64,000 bases of DNA from assembly GCA_943787795.1 (NCBI GenBank), contig CALSNU010000001.1, positions 1,216,001 through 1,280,000 on the forward strand, given 5' to 3'. Below are positions 1 to 11,160 of this stretch, one piece after another; position 1 is the first letter of the stretch; each line of letters starts with the position of its first letter. This stretch comes from an uncultured bacterium (GTDB taxonomy: Bacteria > Planctomycetota > UBA1135 > GCA-002686595). The translations under genes and the position numbers were made by a program. The notes under the pieces are model-generated. The model ran no database searches and was not told the origin of the DNA. It was given only the letters and a program-made list of their open reading frames with translations.

Positions 1-430
1 CCTTGTCGGCTTTCGACTTGATGTTCCGCGACTGGGATGCGATCGAGGCGACGGCGGCCTGGACGGCCTTGTCGATGCCGGACCGCAGGGCGATGGTGGA
101 CACCCCCGTGGCGGCGTACTTGAGGCCCTCGTTGAAGATGGCCGAGGCGAGCACCGTCGCGGTGGTCGTGCCGTCACCGGCGATGTCGTTGGTCTTGTTG
201 GCGACCTCGAGCACGAGCTTCGCGCCCATGTTCTCGAACGGATCAACGTGCTCGATTTCCTTGGCGACGGAGACGCCGTCCTTTGTCACGTGCGGGGAGC
301 CGAAGCTCTTCTGCAGGATGACGTTTCGACCGGCGGGGCCGAGGGTGACGCGCACCGTCTTGGCGAGCTTCTCGATGCCCGCCTTCATCTTCTGACGAGC
401 GGCGTCGTCGAACATGATTTGCTTGGCCAT
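1..430 (-). CDS. groL: Chaperonin GroEL, second tandem copy (runs off the window edge)
   Basis: The reverse strand from the ATG at 430 reads [59 protein letters not shown]...[12 protein letters not shown]. It is missing from the ORF track because no stop lies in the window. Confidence 0.95.
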   Translation of the reverse strand, partial: MAKQIMFDDAARQKMKAGIEKLAKTVRVTLGPAGRNVILQKSFGSPHVTKDGVSVAKEIEHVDPFENMGAKLVLEVANKTNDIAGDGTTTATVLASAIFNEGLKYAATGVSTIALRSGIDKAVQAAVASIASQSRNIKSKADK

Positions 431-496
431 TTGGTGTTCCTTCTTTGGTGTTGGTGATCTGTGTGTACGGGGGGGGAGTTGGGGAGGGGCGCGGGA

Positions 497-2173
<1,677 letters not shown>

Positions 2174-2281
2174 GGGTGTCTGAGCTTTCTGTGTACGGGG
2201 AGTCGGGGAGCGGCACCGCGGAGCGCGGCGCGCGCGAGTTCGGGAGCCGGGGTGGGTACGCCCGGCCAGGGGAGGGCCGAG

Positions 2282-2298
2282 TGCAAAGGGCGTGCCGA
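2282..2298 (-). promoter_or_regulatory. Putative sigma-54 (-24/-12) promoter for the groEL genes
   Basis: Minus strand TCGGCACG-CCCT-TTGCA has exact GG-N10-GC spacing and is a close match to TGGCACG-N4-TTGCW. It lies ~108 bp upstream of the groEL ATG. Confidence 0.6.
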
Positions 2299-2690
2299 AC
2301 CCAGATGGGGCCGCTCTGGGCCTCTGGCGCTGCCGAAGTGGCAGGGCGCCCGCTCCGCCCACGGGGGCGCTGCCGATTTGACCGCTCCTGACTGCTTCTG
2401 CCCGCTCCTGACTGGGCCAGCGGTGCCTGGGCCCCGCTGGAGGCGGGAGCTGGGCCGTGATGGTGGGGGCGGCGCTGCTGATCTGGAAGGGCGGTCTGGG
2501 GGGGGCTGAGGACCCCGAGGCTCCAGGCTTGGGGCGGACGCGGATTGCCCCTTGGCTTCGGGTTGCCCCGAGCGGGTAGGTTGGGCCGCCCCCGAGCACC
2601 TGCTCGACAGGATTCCATGGCCAATCTCGCCCTGAAGCCCACTCCCGCGCGGTCACTGGCGCTCCGATGGCGTGACCCGGTGGTGTCCCC

Positions 2691-3536
2691 ATGAGCTCCG
2701 AGCGCGGAGAGGGCGGGTCCCCCGATCGGCCGGCCCCGGAGGTCTTGGGTGAGGAGGACCTGGCTGGGATCGCCGCGGAGAAGCTGCCCCATGAGGAGGA
2801 GCACCTCGCCGCGCTGGAGCGCATGGCCGGGCTGGAGCCTTACTACCGCTGGGTCGCGGAGCTCGCCGAGGCCATGAACGGAGGGCCGCTGGGGTCGCGG
2901 GTCCTCGACGCGGGGTGCGGCATCGGGAACTTCGTGGAGATCATGAGGCATCGAGCCGAGGAGGTGCTCGCCGTCGATCTCTCGCCCTTGAACGTGGCGG
3001 TCCTCGAGCGCCGCTTCGAGGGAGTGGCTGGCGTCGAGGTGCTCCAGACCGACCTGGACGCCCAGCGAGAGGAGCTCCGGGCGCGTGATGTGGAGGCCGT
3101 CGTATGCCTGGATGTCCTCGAACACATCCAGGACGATCTCTCGTTGCTGAGGAGCTTCGCGGGGATCCTGCCGCCTGGCGGGAGGCTCTTCATCAAGGTC
3201 CCCGCTCACCAGTGGCTCTTCGGGTCCGTGGACGTCGCCTCCGATCACCTGCGCCGCTACAGCCGCAGGGACCTCGTCTCCAGGGTGACGGAGGCGGGGT
3301 TCACGGTCCGCGCCGCTCGCTACATGAACCTCGCGGGCGTCGGCCCTTACCTCTTGAAGAGTCGCATCCTGCGTCGCGGCTCGACGTTCTCCAGCTCGTT
3401 CAACGAGCGGCAGCTGCGCTGGATCAAGCGCTCCATCGGCGCCTTCCGTGCGGTCGATCACCTCACGGGCTGGGCCGGGCCGGGCGGCGGCCCTCCGGTC
3501 GGGCAGTCCGTGGTCCTGCTCGCCACTCGGCCCTGA
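2691..3536 (+). CDS. Class I SAM-dependent methyltransferase
   Basis: VLDAGCGIG motif I, VCLDVLEHI, PGGRLFIKVPA, DHLRRY. Confidence 0.88.
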   Translation: MSSERGEGGSPDRPAPEVLGEEDLAGIAAEKLPHEEEHLAALERMAGLEPYYRWVAELAEAMNGGPLGSRVLDAGCGIGNFVEIMRHRAEEVLAVDLSPLNVAVLERRFEGVAGVEVLQTDLDAQREELRARDVEAVVCLDVLEHIQDDLSLLRSFAGILPPGGRLFIKVPAHQWLFGSVDVASDHLRRYSRRDLVSRVTEAGFTVRAARYMNLAGVGPYLLKSRILRRGSTFSSSFNERQLRWIKRSIGAFRAVDHLTGWAGPGGGPPVGQSVVLLATRP

Positions 3537-3601
3537 TCCGCCCGCGGACGGTCCAGGGCTCGACGGGTGCCATCGGGGCCGCGGCAGCCTACGATGACCC
3601 C

Positions 3602-4882
3602 ATGAATACGACCGAGGGCCCCTGTTTTCCCCTGCTCCTCGCGCTCCTCTTCTCTGCGCTACTGCCGACGACCGCCGTCGGCCAGGATCAGGACGACGCT
3701 GAACCCTCGGCGATCTCGGAGTCCGATCCGCGCGTGGTGCTGGAGGACCTCGCGGGTGAGCTGACCTACCGCGCCGTGGACGCGGCGCCGCTCAGGAGTC
3801 TCGTCGAGGCCGGAGCAGCGTTCGCTCGCTTCGAAGGACTCGCCCCCGTGGAGAGCGCTGGCCGCACCGCGGGTGCGAGCGTGGCCTCCCTCGGCCTGGC
3901 CGGCGGGGACCGCCTGCGGGCCGTGATCCGCGGCGGTGAGGGCGACGTCCTCGACGTCGAGCTCCGGCCAGGCGTGGTCGTGGCGCTCTCGGTGGACTCG
4001 ATCCGCTCCATCGTTCACCCCTCACGAATCCCGGACTCCGTCACGGAGAGCCCCGCGGCGGGGCCCCCTGAGGATGGCGACCGCCTCTATCTCGTCGCGG
4101 CCAACGGGCTCGATCGCGCGCAGGGGTTCGTCGAGTCGTTCTCCATGGAGGGCGTCGCCTTCTTCGACGAGCGGCTGGGCCAGCGCACCTACGCCTGGGA
4201 CCGGGTCGCCGCGCTCTTTGTCGCGCCCCTCGACGAGGGCGGTCCGGAGCCGTTGGAGAGCGAAGGCGCGGGGGAGCGGGTCGCGGTCACCCTCGTCGGA
4301 GGCGGCCGGATCAGCGGTGCTCTCGTTCAGCTCGGCCCGCCCGCCGAGGGCGTACAGCTTCGGATCGGCGGCGGCGCCCCGGTGCAGCTGCCAGGGTCCA
4401 TCGTCACCGAGGTCTCGCTGGATGACGGCTCGTTCCGGTTCCTTGGAGACGTGGTCCCCAGCGAGCGGGGGAGCTCGTCGCCCTTCGGCGATGAACTGGG
4501 ATTTGTCTGGCCCATGCGCGTGGACCGGAACTGCCGGGGCGGGCTGCTCTCTGTGGGAGGCGAGGTCTACGACCGCGGGCTCGGCGTCCACGCACCCAGC
4601 CGGGTCGCCTGGGACCTCGCGGGCGAGTGGTCGTCCATACGCCTGATGTGTGGGGTCGACGACTCTGGCCAGAGCGGCGCCCGTTCGGGGGCCGTGCGCT
4701 TCCGCGTCATCGGCGATGGGAAGACCCTCTGGGAGAGCGACGTGCTCCGGACGGGGTTGGCGGCCGCCAGGACGCCCTCCATCTCGCTCGAAGGCGTTCA
4801 GCAGCTCACCCTCGAAGTGGACCCCGCAGGCGACTTTGTGCTGGATCGGGCCAACTGGATACGACCCATGCTGCTTCGGTGA
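3602..4882 (+). CDS. Secreted protein with C-terminal NPCBM/NEW2 domain
   Basis: Signal-peptide-like N-terminus (MNTTEGPCFPLLLALLFSALL). The C-terminal RGLGVHAPS...CGVDD...VRFRVIGDGKTLWES...ANW is typical of NPCBM. Confidence 0.8.
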   Translation: MNTTEGPCFPLLLALLFSALLPTTAVGQDQDDAEPSAISESDPRVVLEDLAGELTYRAVDAAPLRSLVEAGAAFARFEGLAPVESAGRTAGASVASLGLAGGDRLRAVIRGGEGDVLDVELRPGVVVALSVDSIRSIVHPSRIPDSVTESPAAGPPEDGDRLYLVAANGLDRAQGFVESFSMEGVAFFDERLGQRTYAWDRVAALFVAPLDEGGPEPLESEGAGERVAVTLVGGGRISGALVQLGPPAEGVQLRIGGGAPVQLPGSIVTEVSLDDGSFRFLGDVVPSERGSSSPFGDELGFVWPMRVDRNCRGGLLSVGGEVYDRGLGVHAPSRVAWDLAGEWSSIRLMCGVDDSGQSGARSGAVRFRVIGDGKTLWESDVLRTGLAAARTPSISLEGVQQLTLEVDPAGDFVLDRANWIRPMLLR

Positions 4883-4929
4883 GCTTACCGAGCCGGCGCG
4901 CGGACGGGCCCACGCCTCGGCGTGGACCG

Positions 4930-4995
4930 TCAGCGGGGTCTCGGCAAACTCAGGAACCCCGGCAGAATCAGGATCCCCGGCAAGAATCAGGATCC
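4930..4995. repeat. Degenerate 18-20 bp tandem repeat (~3.5 copies) overlapping the GGDEF stop codon
   Basis: TCAGGAACCCCGGCAGAA / TCAGGATCCCCGGCAAGAA / TCAGGATCC. Each unit starts with TCA (TGA on the minus strand). Confidence 0.6.
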
Positions 4996-5979
4996 GACGG
5001 CGGCGGCCTCGTGGTTGTCGTCTGTCCCGAGGCTGCGGAAGTAGACGCCCTGATTTCCCCCGCGCCTCTTGGCCGCGTGAAGGGCTTGCTCGGCGTGGAG
5101 GCGGAGCTCTTCGAGGGTCCCGAGATCCCCGCCGTCGTATGTCTCGAAGCCAAGGCTCGCGGAGACCCGAATCGAGCGACGCGGGTCGCCGCGGCGCTGA
5201 TCGACGTAGGGGCGTAGGCCGGAGGGAGGGCCGCTGAGCCCGCGAATGCGGGCCGCGAGCCTGGCCACCACCCGGGCCGCGTCGACCCTCGACGTGAAGG
5301 GCAGGATGAGCGCGAATTCGTCGCCGCCCAGGCGCCCGCCGATGTCCTCCTCACGCAGGCTGGTCCGGATGGTCTCCCCCGCCCGGGAGATGACCTCGTC
5401 GCCGACCGTGTGATCGAAGTCCTTGTTCACGCGACCGAAGTCGTCGAGGTCGATGAGGATCAGGGCCAGCTCGAGCCGGTGTCGCTGCGTCGCTGAGAAG
5501 TGCTCGCGCAGCCGCTCCCCGAAGGGCCGGGGGCGAAGCAGCCCGGTGAGGTCGTCGTGCGAGGCCTGGTAGCGGGCCTTGTCCAGCTGGTGGAGCACAT
5601 CAGCTCGCTCCAGGAGCTGCTCGGCACGGAGCAGGAACTCCTCCACCGGGGCATCGGCGCGCACAAGATCCCAGGGGATGCCCCTGATGGACCGGCCGGC
5701 GATGATGGCCGACATGGCGTCCTCGTCGTCGATGACGAGCAGCAGGGGGATCGGACGGGGCCGGGCGAGAGCCTGCGGCAGCTGGTCGCGGGCGAGGCCC
5801 TCCAGCTGATCGCGCTCGAGGATCAGGAGCTCCACCTCGCCGCGCTCGATCAGGTTGAGCGTGGTCTCTGGCGTCGAGCTCGGGACCAGCTCCAGCCCCA
5901 GGGCCTCGAGCGGGCGCAGGGCCTCGCGGAGTCCTGAGGCGCCGTGGTCGGCGATGAGCAGGCGGGTGGGGAGGGTCAC
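4987..5979 (-). CDS. Diguanylate cyclase (GGDEF) with degenerate receiver-like N-terminal domain
   Basis: HDDLTGLL, IDLDDFGRVNKDFDHTVGD, REED I-site and RLGGDEF. The start is uncertain (GTG 5979 or ATG 6036). Confidence 0.9.
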   Translation of the reverse strand: MTLPTRLLIADHGASGLREALRPLEALGLELVPSSTPETTLNLIERGEVELLILERDQLEGLARDQLPQALARPRPIPLLLVIDDEDAMSAIIAGRSIRGIPWDLVRADAPVEEFLLRAEQLLERADVLHQLDKARYQASHDDLTGLLRPRPFGERLREHFSATQRHRLELALILIDLDDFGRVNKDFDHTVGDEVISRAGETIRTSLREEDIGGRLGGDEFALILPFTSRVDAARVVARLAARIRGLSGPPSGLRPYVDQRRGDPRRSIRVSASLGFETYDGGDLGTLEELRLHAEQALHAAKRRGGNQGVYFRSLGTDDNHEAAAVGS

Positions 5980-6042
5980 GGTGAGGGTGGGGCGGAGGCG
6001 GCGACTGGCCAGCCTCTCCACCCTATGACAACGCATTGTAGC

Positions 6043-6092
6043 CCCGATCCCCTGGCTTGCCCGATCCCCTGGCTTGACGGGCTCCTGGCTTG
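6043..6092. repeat. 16-17 bp direct repeats (CCTGGCTTG core x3) in the divergent GGDEF/rpsB intergenic region
   Basis: CCCGATCCCCTGGCTTG x2, then ACGGGCTCCTGGCTTG. Confidence 0.65.
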
Positions 6093-6141
6093 ACGGGTCT
6101 CCGGGGGGGACACCCCCCTCGAGGCCTGGATCTTGGAAAGC

Positions 6142-6169
6142 TGGACTTTCAGGGGCCCCCCCGTACACT
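6142..6169 (+). promoter_or_regulatory. Possible sigma-70 promoter of the rpsB operon
   Basis: TGGACT-16 nt-TACACT, ~60 bp upstream of the rpsB ATG. Confidence 0.4.
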
Positions 6170-6230
6170 CTTCCGCTCATTTCCGGCCGTCTCGTTTGGC
6201 GACCGGGCTTCCCCCTGTTTCGAGGACCCC

Positions 6231-7196
6231 ATGAGTAATATCAACGCACAGAAGCTGATCGAAGCTGGCGTGCACTTTGGATGCCGCGTGTCGCGGTGGA
6301 ATCCGAAGATGGCCCCCTACATCCACGGCCGTCGCGGAATGATCCACGTGATCGATCTGCGCGAGACCGTCAAAGGCCTTCTCCGAGCCCAGAACCTGCT
6401 GTTCCAGATCGCGTCAGAGGGCCAGACGGTCCTGTGGGTCGGAACCAAGCGTCAGGTCAAGGGCGTGATCGAGGACGCTGGTCAGCGCACCGGCATGCCG
6501 ATCGTCACCGAGCGTTGGATCGGCGGCACGCTGACCAACTTCAGCGTCATCCGCAGCCGACTGAAGCGCCTCGCCCAGCTCGAGGCCATCGACGAGAAGG
6601 CCATCGAGCAGCAGAAGCTCACCAAGAAGGAGGTCGCGCAGATCAACCGCGAGCTCCGGAAGATCACCCGTAACCTGGGCGGCATCCGCGAGATGGATCG
6701 CATGCCCGGTGCGATGGTCGTCGTCGACCCCTCCCGCGAAGGGAACGCCATCCGCGAGGCCCGCAAGATGGGCATCGTCGTGATCGGCCTCCTGGACACC
6801 GACTGCGACCCGAACGACGTGGACATCGTCATCCCGGGTAACGATGACGCGCTCAAGTCGGTGCGTCTGCTCGTCGAGGAGCTCGTGGACTCGGTCGAGG
6901 CTGGCGCCCACCAGCACACCGACAACATGCAGGCCGTCGGCTCCGCCGAGCGCAGCTCCGACGAGGAGACGATCCCCGGCGACGAGGTTCGTCCGACCAC
7001 CGGGAACACGCTCCCCGAGCCCATCGGGAAGACGGCTGAAGCCGCGGCACCCGCCGCAGCTGAGCCCGCCGCAGCTGAGCCCGCCGCAGCTGCTCCGGCT
7101 GCTGCTGCCCCGGCTCCGGCTCCGGCTCCGGCCGCGGAAGCCGCTCCGGCGGCCCCGGCCGCCGATGGCGCCCCCGAGGCGCCCGCAGCCGAGTGA
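6231..7196 (+). CDS. rpsB: 30S ribosomal protein S2 with long acidic/Ala-Pro C-terminal extension
   Basis: EAGVHFG, WNPKMAPYI, VGTKRQ, ERWIGGTLTNF, DTDCDP, IPGNDDA. Confidence 0.98.
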   Translation: MSNINAQKLIEAGVHFGCRVSRWNPKMAPYIHGRRGMIHVIDLRETVKGLLRAQNLLFQIASEGQTVLWVGTKRQVKGVIEDAGQRTGMPIVTERWIGGTLTNFSVIRSRLKRLAQLEAIDEKAIEQQKLTKKEVAQINRELRKITRNLGGIREMDRMPGAMVVVDPSREGNAIREARKMGIVVIGLLDTDCDPNDVDIVIPGNDDALKSVRLLVEELVDSVEAGAHQHTDNMQAVGSAERSSDEETIPGDEVRPTTGNTLPEPIGKTAEAAAPAAAEPAAAEPAAAAPAAAAPAPAPAPAAEAAPAAPAADGAPEAPAAE

Positions 7197-7237
7197 CGAC
7201 CGGGCGCGGGGGGAGACCTCCCGCGCCTCCAACTCTT

Positions 7238-7272
7238 CACCCGTCGCGCACTCGCGCGGCGGGTGCTTCTTC
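7238..7272 (+). terminator. Hairpin/possible terminator between rpsB and tsf
   Basis: CACCCGTCGCGC-ACTC-GCGCGGCGGGTG followed by CTTCTTC. Confidence 0.4.
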
Positions 7273-7361
7273 AAACTCCTCGCGACCAGCGAGGTCCTGC
7301 GGGCCTCGCCCGCAACTCCACCCACCATGCGGCGCTCATGGCGCCCAACCTCAACCCACCG

Positions 7362-8207
7362 ATGGCTGAGATCACCGCCCAACTGGTTCGGCAACTCCGC
7401 GAGATGAGCGGCGCCGGGATGATGGAGTGCAAGAAAGCACTCAAGGCAACCGACGGCGACCCCGAGGCCGCGCTCGACGAACTCCGCAAGGCGGGGCTCA
7501 AGTCGGCGGCCAAGAAGGTCGGTCGCGAGACCGCTGAGGGCCGCGTCGCCTTCAAGGTCAGCGATGACGGCAGCAAGGGCGCCATCGTCGCGCTCGCCTC
7601 CGAGACGGACTTCCTCGCGTCGACGCCGAACTTCGGCGAGTTCCTCGAGGCGCTCGTCCAGCACGCCTTTGACCACGAGCCCAAGTCCGTGGATGAGATG
7701 CTGACGCAGGCGTGGCACGCCGGCGGCACCGTCCAGGACGCGCTCACGGCCACGATCGGCGACCTGAAGGAGAACCTTCAGATCGTCGAGGCCTGCGCCT
7801 ACTCGACCGACGGCGGCCAGGTCGTCGCCTACGTGCACCACGACAACAAGAAGGGTGCTCTGGTCAACGTCACCACCGGCGGTGACGCGGCCAAGGCGGC
7901 GGACGTGCTGAAGCAGCTCTGCATGCACATCGTCGTCTTCAACCCCTCCGCCCTTGACGAGGGCAGCGTGCCCGCTGAGGACGTGGAGCGCGAGAAGGCG
8001 ATCATCAAGGACGGCCTCCAGGGCAAGCCCGAGGAGATCCAGGAGAAGATCATGGTCGGTCGTCTCCAGAAGTTCTTCGGTGAGCGGACCCTCGTCGGGC
8101 AGCCGTGGATCATGGACGACAAGACGTCTGTCTCGAAGGCGCTCGTCAAGGAGCTCGGTGACGGGACCAAGGTCGAGGGCTTCACGCGCTGCCAGCTCGG
8201 CAGCTGA
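7362..8207 (+). CDS. tsf: Elongation factor Ts
   Basis: MAEITAQLVRQLREMSGAGMMECKKAL, ETDF, MHIV, GKPEEIQEKIMVGRL. It sits in canonical rpsB-tsf-pyrH-frr order. Confidence 0.97.
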   Translation: MAEITAQLVRQLREMSGAGMMECKKALKATDGDPEAALDELRKAGLKSAAKKVGRETAEGRVAFKVSDDGSKGAIVALASETDFLASTPNFGEFLEALVQHAFDHEPKSVDEMLTQAWHAGGTVQDALTATIGDLKENLQIVEACAYSTDGGQVVAYVHHDNKKGALVNVTTGGDAAKAADVLKQLCMHIVVFNPSALDEGSVPAEDVEREKAIIKDGLQGKPEEIQEKIMVGRLQKFFGERTLVGQPWIMDDKTSVSKALVKELGDGTKVEGFTRCQLGS

Positions 8208-8224
8208 TCGAGCCGCGGTCTCCA

Positions 8225-8266
8225 GAGGAGGGGGCGCCCGCCGGGATCGGCGGGCGCCCCCTCCTC
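8225..8266 (+). terminator. Perfect 19-bp stem-loop after tsf
   Basis: GAGGAGGGGGCGCCCGCCG-GGAT-CGGCGGGCGCCCCCTCCTC, with only a weak U tract. Confidence 0.6.
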
Positions 8267-8386
8267 CGTTCCGCGGACCCTCGCGAACGGCGCTCTTTTC
8301 CGATCGGGAGGGGCGTTCGCCGGAGGGGAGGGGGCTAGACTGCCGCCAGCCCCCCGAGGAGCGCCGCCCGCGCTCTCCAAAAGCCC

Positions 8387-9103
8387 ATGACCTATCGACG
8401 CGTCCTATTGAAGATGTCCGGAGAGGCGCTCGGCGCCGCGGACACCGGCCACGGGATCTCCGCACCCGACGTGCAGAAGATCGCCCGACAGGTCGCTCGG
8501 GTCTGCGAGCTCGGGGTCGAGGTCGCGATGGTCGTGGGGGGCGGGAACATCCTCCGCGGGGCTGAGTTCTCCGAACTCGGGGGGCACAGGGCCAACGCGG
8601 ACTACATGGGAATGCTCGGGACGGTCATCAACGCCCTCGCCATGTCCGACGCCCTCGAGAGCCAGGGCCTCGAGACGCGGGTCATGACGGCGCTCGAGAT
8701 CCGTCAGGTCGCCGAACCCTTCGTCCGGCGCCGTGCGGAGCGCCACCTCCGCCGCGGGCGGGTGGTGATCCTCGGAGCGGGCACTGGCAATCCATTCTTC
8801 ACGACCGACAGCGCCGCGGCGCTGCGGGCGAACGAGCTGGGATGCGACGTGCTGCTCAAGGCCACCAAGGTCGATGGCGTCTACTCCGCAGACCCCAAGC
8901 TCGACCCGGCGGCCACGCGCTACGAGGATCTCACCTACGACGAGGTGCTGCTCAAGAACCTCAAGGTCATGGACAGCACCGCCATCTCCATGTGTCGCGA
9001 CCACGGACTCCCTGTGGTCGTGTTCGACATGTTCAAGGAGGGCAACCTCGAGCGCGTCGTCGCTGGCGAGCCCGTGGGGACCCTCGTGCACCCCGCGTCC
9101 TGA
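8387..9103 (+). CDS. pyrH: UMP kinase
   Basis: RVLLKMSGEAL, VVGGGN, DYMGMLGT, GTGNPFFTTD, KVMDSTA. Confidence 0.98.
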   Translation: MTYRRVLLKMSGEALGAADTGHGISAPDVQKIARQVARVCELGVEVAMVVGGGNILRGAEFSELGGHRANADYMGMLGTVINALAMSDALESQGLETRVMTALEIRQVAEPFVRRRAERHLRRGRVVILGAGTGNPFFTTDSAAALRANELGCDVLLKATKVDGVYSADPKLDPAATRYEDLTYDEVLLKNLKVMDSTAISMCRDHGLPVVVFDMFKEGNLERVVAGEPVGTLVHPAS

Positions 9104-9185
9104 AGACACACCACAAGCGGTGCCCGCCCGGGGCCCGCCCGCCCAGACTTTCCAACGAAGGCCCCTGCCGGGGCTACGAAGAGAT

Positions 9186-9746
9186 ATGAGCTACGAGAGC
9201 GTTTTGAAAGATGCCGGGGCCCGCATGGAAAAGGCGGTGTCCCACACGAGCGACATGCTCAAGAACATCCGGACGTCGCGCGCCTCCTCGGCGCTCGTCG
9301 AGCATGTGCGGGTGGACTACTACGGCACCCCGACTCCCCTCAGCCAGCTTGCCCAGATCAGCGTCCCCGAGGCGCGGACGCTGGTGATCAAGCCCTTCGA
9401 CGCCAGCGTCATCAAGGAGGTCGAGAAGGCGCTCATGAAGTCCGATCTCGGGATCTCCCCGGAGTCCGACGGCAAGGTGATCCGGCTGACGATGCCGCCG
9501 CTCTCCGGCGAGCAGCGCAAGAAGTACGCTGCCAAGGCCAAGGACCTGGGTGAGGAGGGACGTGTGTCCCTGCGCAACGTCCGGCGCGATGCCAACAAGG
9601 ATGCCGACGCCCACAAGAAGAGCGGAGAGGTCACCGAGGACGGCCACAAGGACCTCCAGGACGAGATCCAGAAGTTGCTGAAGTCCTTCGAGGCCAAGGT
9701 CGGGGCGGCCCAGGACAAGAAGACCAAGGAGATCCTCGAGGACTGA
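9186..9746 (+). CDS. frr: Ribosome recycling factor
   Basis: RMEKAV, IRTSRAS, VDYYGTPTPLSQLA, PPLSGEQRK, RNVRRDAN. It follows pyrH. Confidence 0.97.
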   Translation: MSYESVLKDAGARMEKAVSHTSDMLKNIRTSRASSALVEHVRVDYYGTPTPLSQLAQISVPEARTLVIKPFDASVIKEVEKALMKSDLGISPESDGKVIRLTMPPLSGEQRKKYAAKAKDLGEEGRVSLRNVRRDANKDADAHKKSGEVTEDGHKDLQDEIQKLLKSFEAKVGAAQDKKTKEILED

Positions 9747-9862
9747 CGGAGGGGCGGCTTGTGGATCTCCGGGGCGGAATACTTGCGCCCCGTCTCAAAA
9801 GCCGTATCTTCTCGCCCTCGAACGCGCGGTCCTCGACCGCGCGCCGAATCGACACAACGGGT

Positions 9863-9938
9863 GGGCGCGTAGCTCAGTTGGTAGAGCAACTGGCTTTTAA
9901 CCAGTAGGTCCCAGGTTCGATCCCTGGCGCGCTCACCA
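9863..9938 (+). tRNA. tRNA-Lys (UUU)
   Basis: GGGCGCG/CGCGCTC acceptor stem, D arm TAGCTCAGTTGGTAGAGC, anticodon arm ACTGG-CTTTTAA-CCAGT, T arm GGTTCGATCC and encoded CCA. Confidence 0.97.
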
Positions 9939-10023
9939 CCCTCTTCGATTCCCCTGACCCTCCGCGCCCCGCCCACTGACCACGGGCAGGCCTGGCACCA
10001 TAGGGTGGGGACCCCGGGCCGAT

Positions 10024-10133
10024 CCTCCGGGGAGCCCGAGTCGACCCTCCGGGGAGCCCGAGTCGACCCTCCGGGGAGCCCGGGCCGGCCCTCCGGGGAA
10101 TTCGGCCCGCTCCTCCGGGGAGTCCGAGCCGAC
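10024..10133. repeat. 22-bp tandem repeat x5 downstream of tRNA-Lys
   Basis: CCTCCGGGGAGCCCGAGTCGAC x2 exact plus three diverged copies, all in 22-bp register and without spacers. Confidence 0.85.
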
Positions 10134-10289
10134 GGATCCAGAACCGACAGGCTCGATCCCCCTGAGCCGGATCACGGACCGGGCTGAGGTGCCGGCGCGC
10201 CCTGTCCCGGGTCGCTAAAGAGCCTCGCGCATGGTCGCAGGCCTGCGGTCCCGGTGTGGCGCTTCGAGCGGCGCGGCGAGGGGGCCTCG

Positions 10290-11159
10290 TCAGCCTTGCC
10301 GTTGACCGGCCGTGGCGGAGAGCCCGCCGAGCCGCGGGTACGCCATGGACCAAGCACGGCAGCGGGCGGAGCCCATGAGGCTCGCGAGGACGACGAGCTG
10401 GGCGAGACCCCATGTCGGTCCGGCGAGGTAGCTGGCCAGGCCTGCGGCGGCGAGGATGAGGGTCCGGAGGATGAACTCCAAGGCCGCGAGCCGCCGAACG
10501 TGGCCGGGCCGGCCTCGCATCAGGCGCCAGCCGTGGAGGACGGCGGAGCCGACCCCGCGGTCGTGGCGAACGAGGCTGGCGAGCGCGAGCTGGTGGAGGG
10601 CGCCCAACTCCGCGGCGTACGCGAGCGTCAGGACCAGAGCCACGCCCGAGAGGATGACCCCGAATGGGCCGAGCGCCTCCGCGCCGACGAGGACCGTGAG
10701 CAGGACCAGCGGGCCAAGCAGCACGAACGTCCCGCAGGCCATCATGCCGAAGATCTGGAACCAGATGCCGGCCGCGGAGGTCTGGAGGGTCTTGCCCTCC
10801 GTCCAGGCCTTGGGCAGGGTCGTCCGCTGCGCCCTGTCAGGCTGATTGTGGATGGACAGCCGCGCCGCCCCACCGCCCACCCGGGCGCAGACCAGGAGCA
10901 GGGGGAGGGCGACGAGGAAGAGCGCCGCAGCTCCAGCGGGGCCGGGAATCGGCAGGCCGGAGCCCACGGCATTCGAGACCAGCTCCGCGTCCCCCGCCAG
11001 CGCAGCGAGCCCGGTCAGGGCCGCGGCGCCGCCAAGGACCCACGCGAGGCCGCTGAGCTCGTACGCCACCCCGGCGAGGCTGGGAATCGCTGCCCCGCGG
11101 ATCGCCTCGGCGAGGCTCCCGGGTTGATGGGAGCCGGAGGGTTGCGGCGTCGGGCTCAT
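10290..11159 (-). CDS. Hypothetical multi-pass membrane protein
   Basis: 289-aa ORF with several hydrophobic segments, starting 1 bp after the pepP stop. Confidence 0.75.
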   Translation of the reverse strand: MSPTPQPSGSHQPGSLAEAIRGAAIPSLAGVAYELSGLAWVLGGAAALTGLAALAGDAELVSNAVGSGLPIPGPAGAAALFLVALPLLLVCARVGGGAARLSIHNQPDRAQRTTLPKAWTEGKTLQTSAAGIWFQIFGMMACGTFVLLGPLVLLTVLVGAEALGPFGVILSGVALVLTLAYAAELGALHQLALASLVRHDRGVGSAVLHGWRLMRGRPGHVRRLAALEFILRTLILAAAGLASYLAGPTWGLAQLVVLASLMGSARCRAWSMAYPRLGGLSATAGQRQG

Positions 11160-11160
11160 C

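Noticed and set aside
2270..2360. CIRCE operator upstream of groEL
   Set aside because: Only a half-site-like TTGCACTC and a poor inverted repeat are present, with no TTAGCACTC-N9-GAGTGCTAA match.
2174..2824. N-terminal extensions given by the ORF track for groEL (and likewise rpsB, frr, xseA, ZIP and DHS)
   Set aside because: These are low-complexity upstream read-through. Family homology begins at the downstream starts used here.
10024..10133. CRISPR array (also considered for 51901-51988 and 53960-54064)
   Set aside because: The units are head-to-tail with no unique spacers, and no cas genes are in the window.
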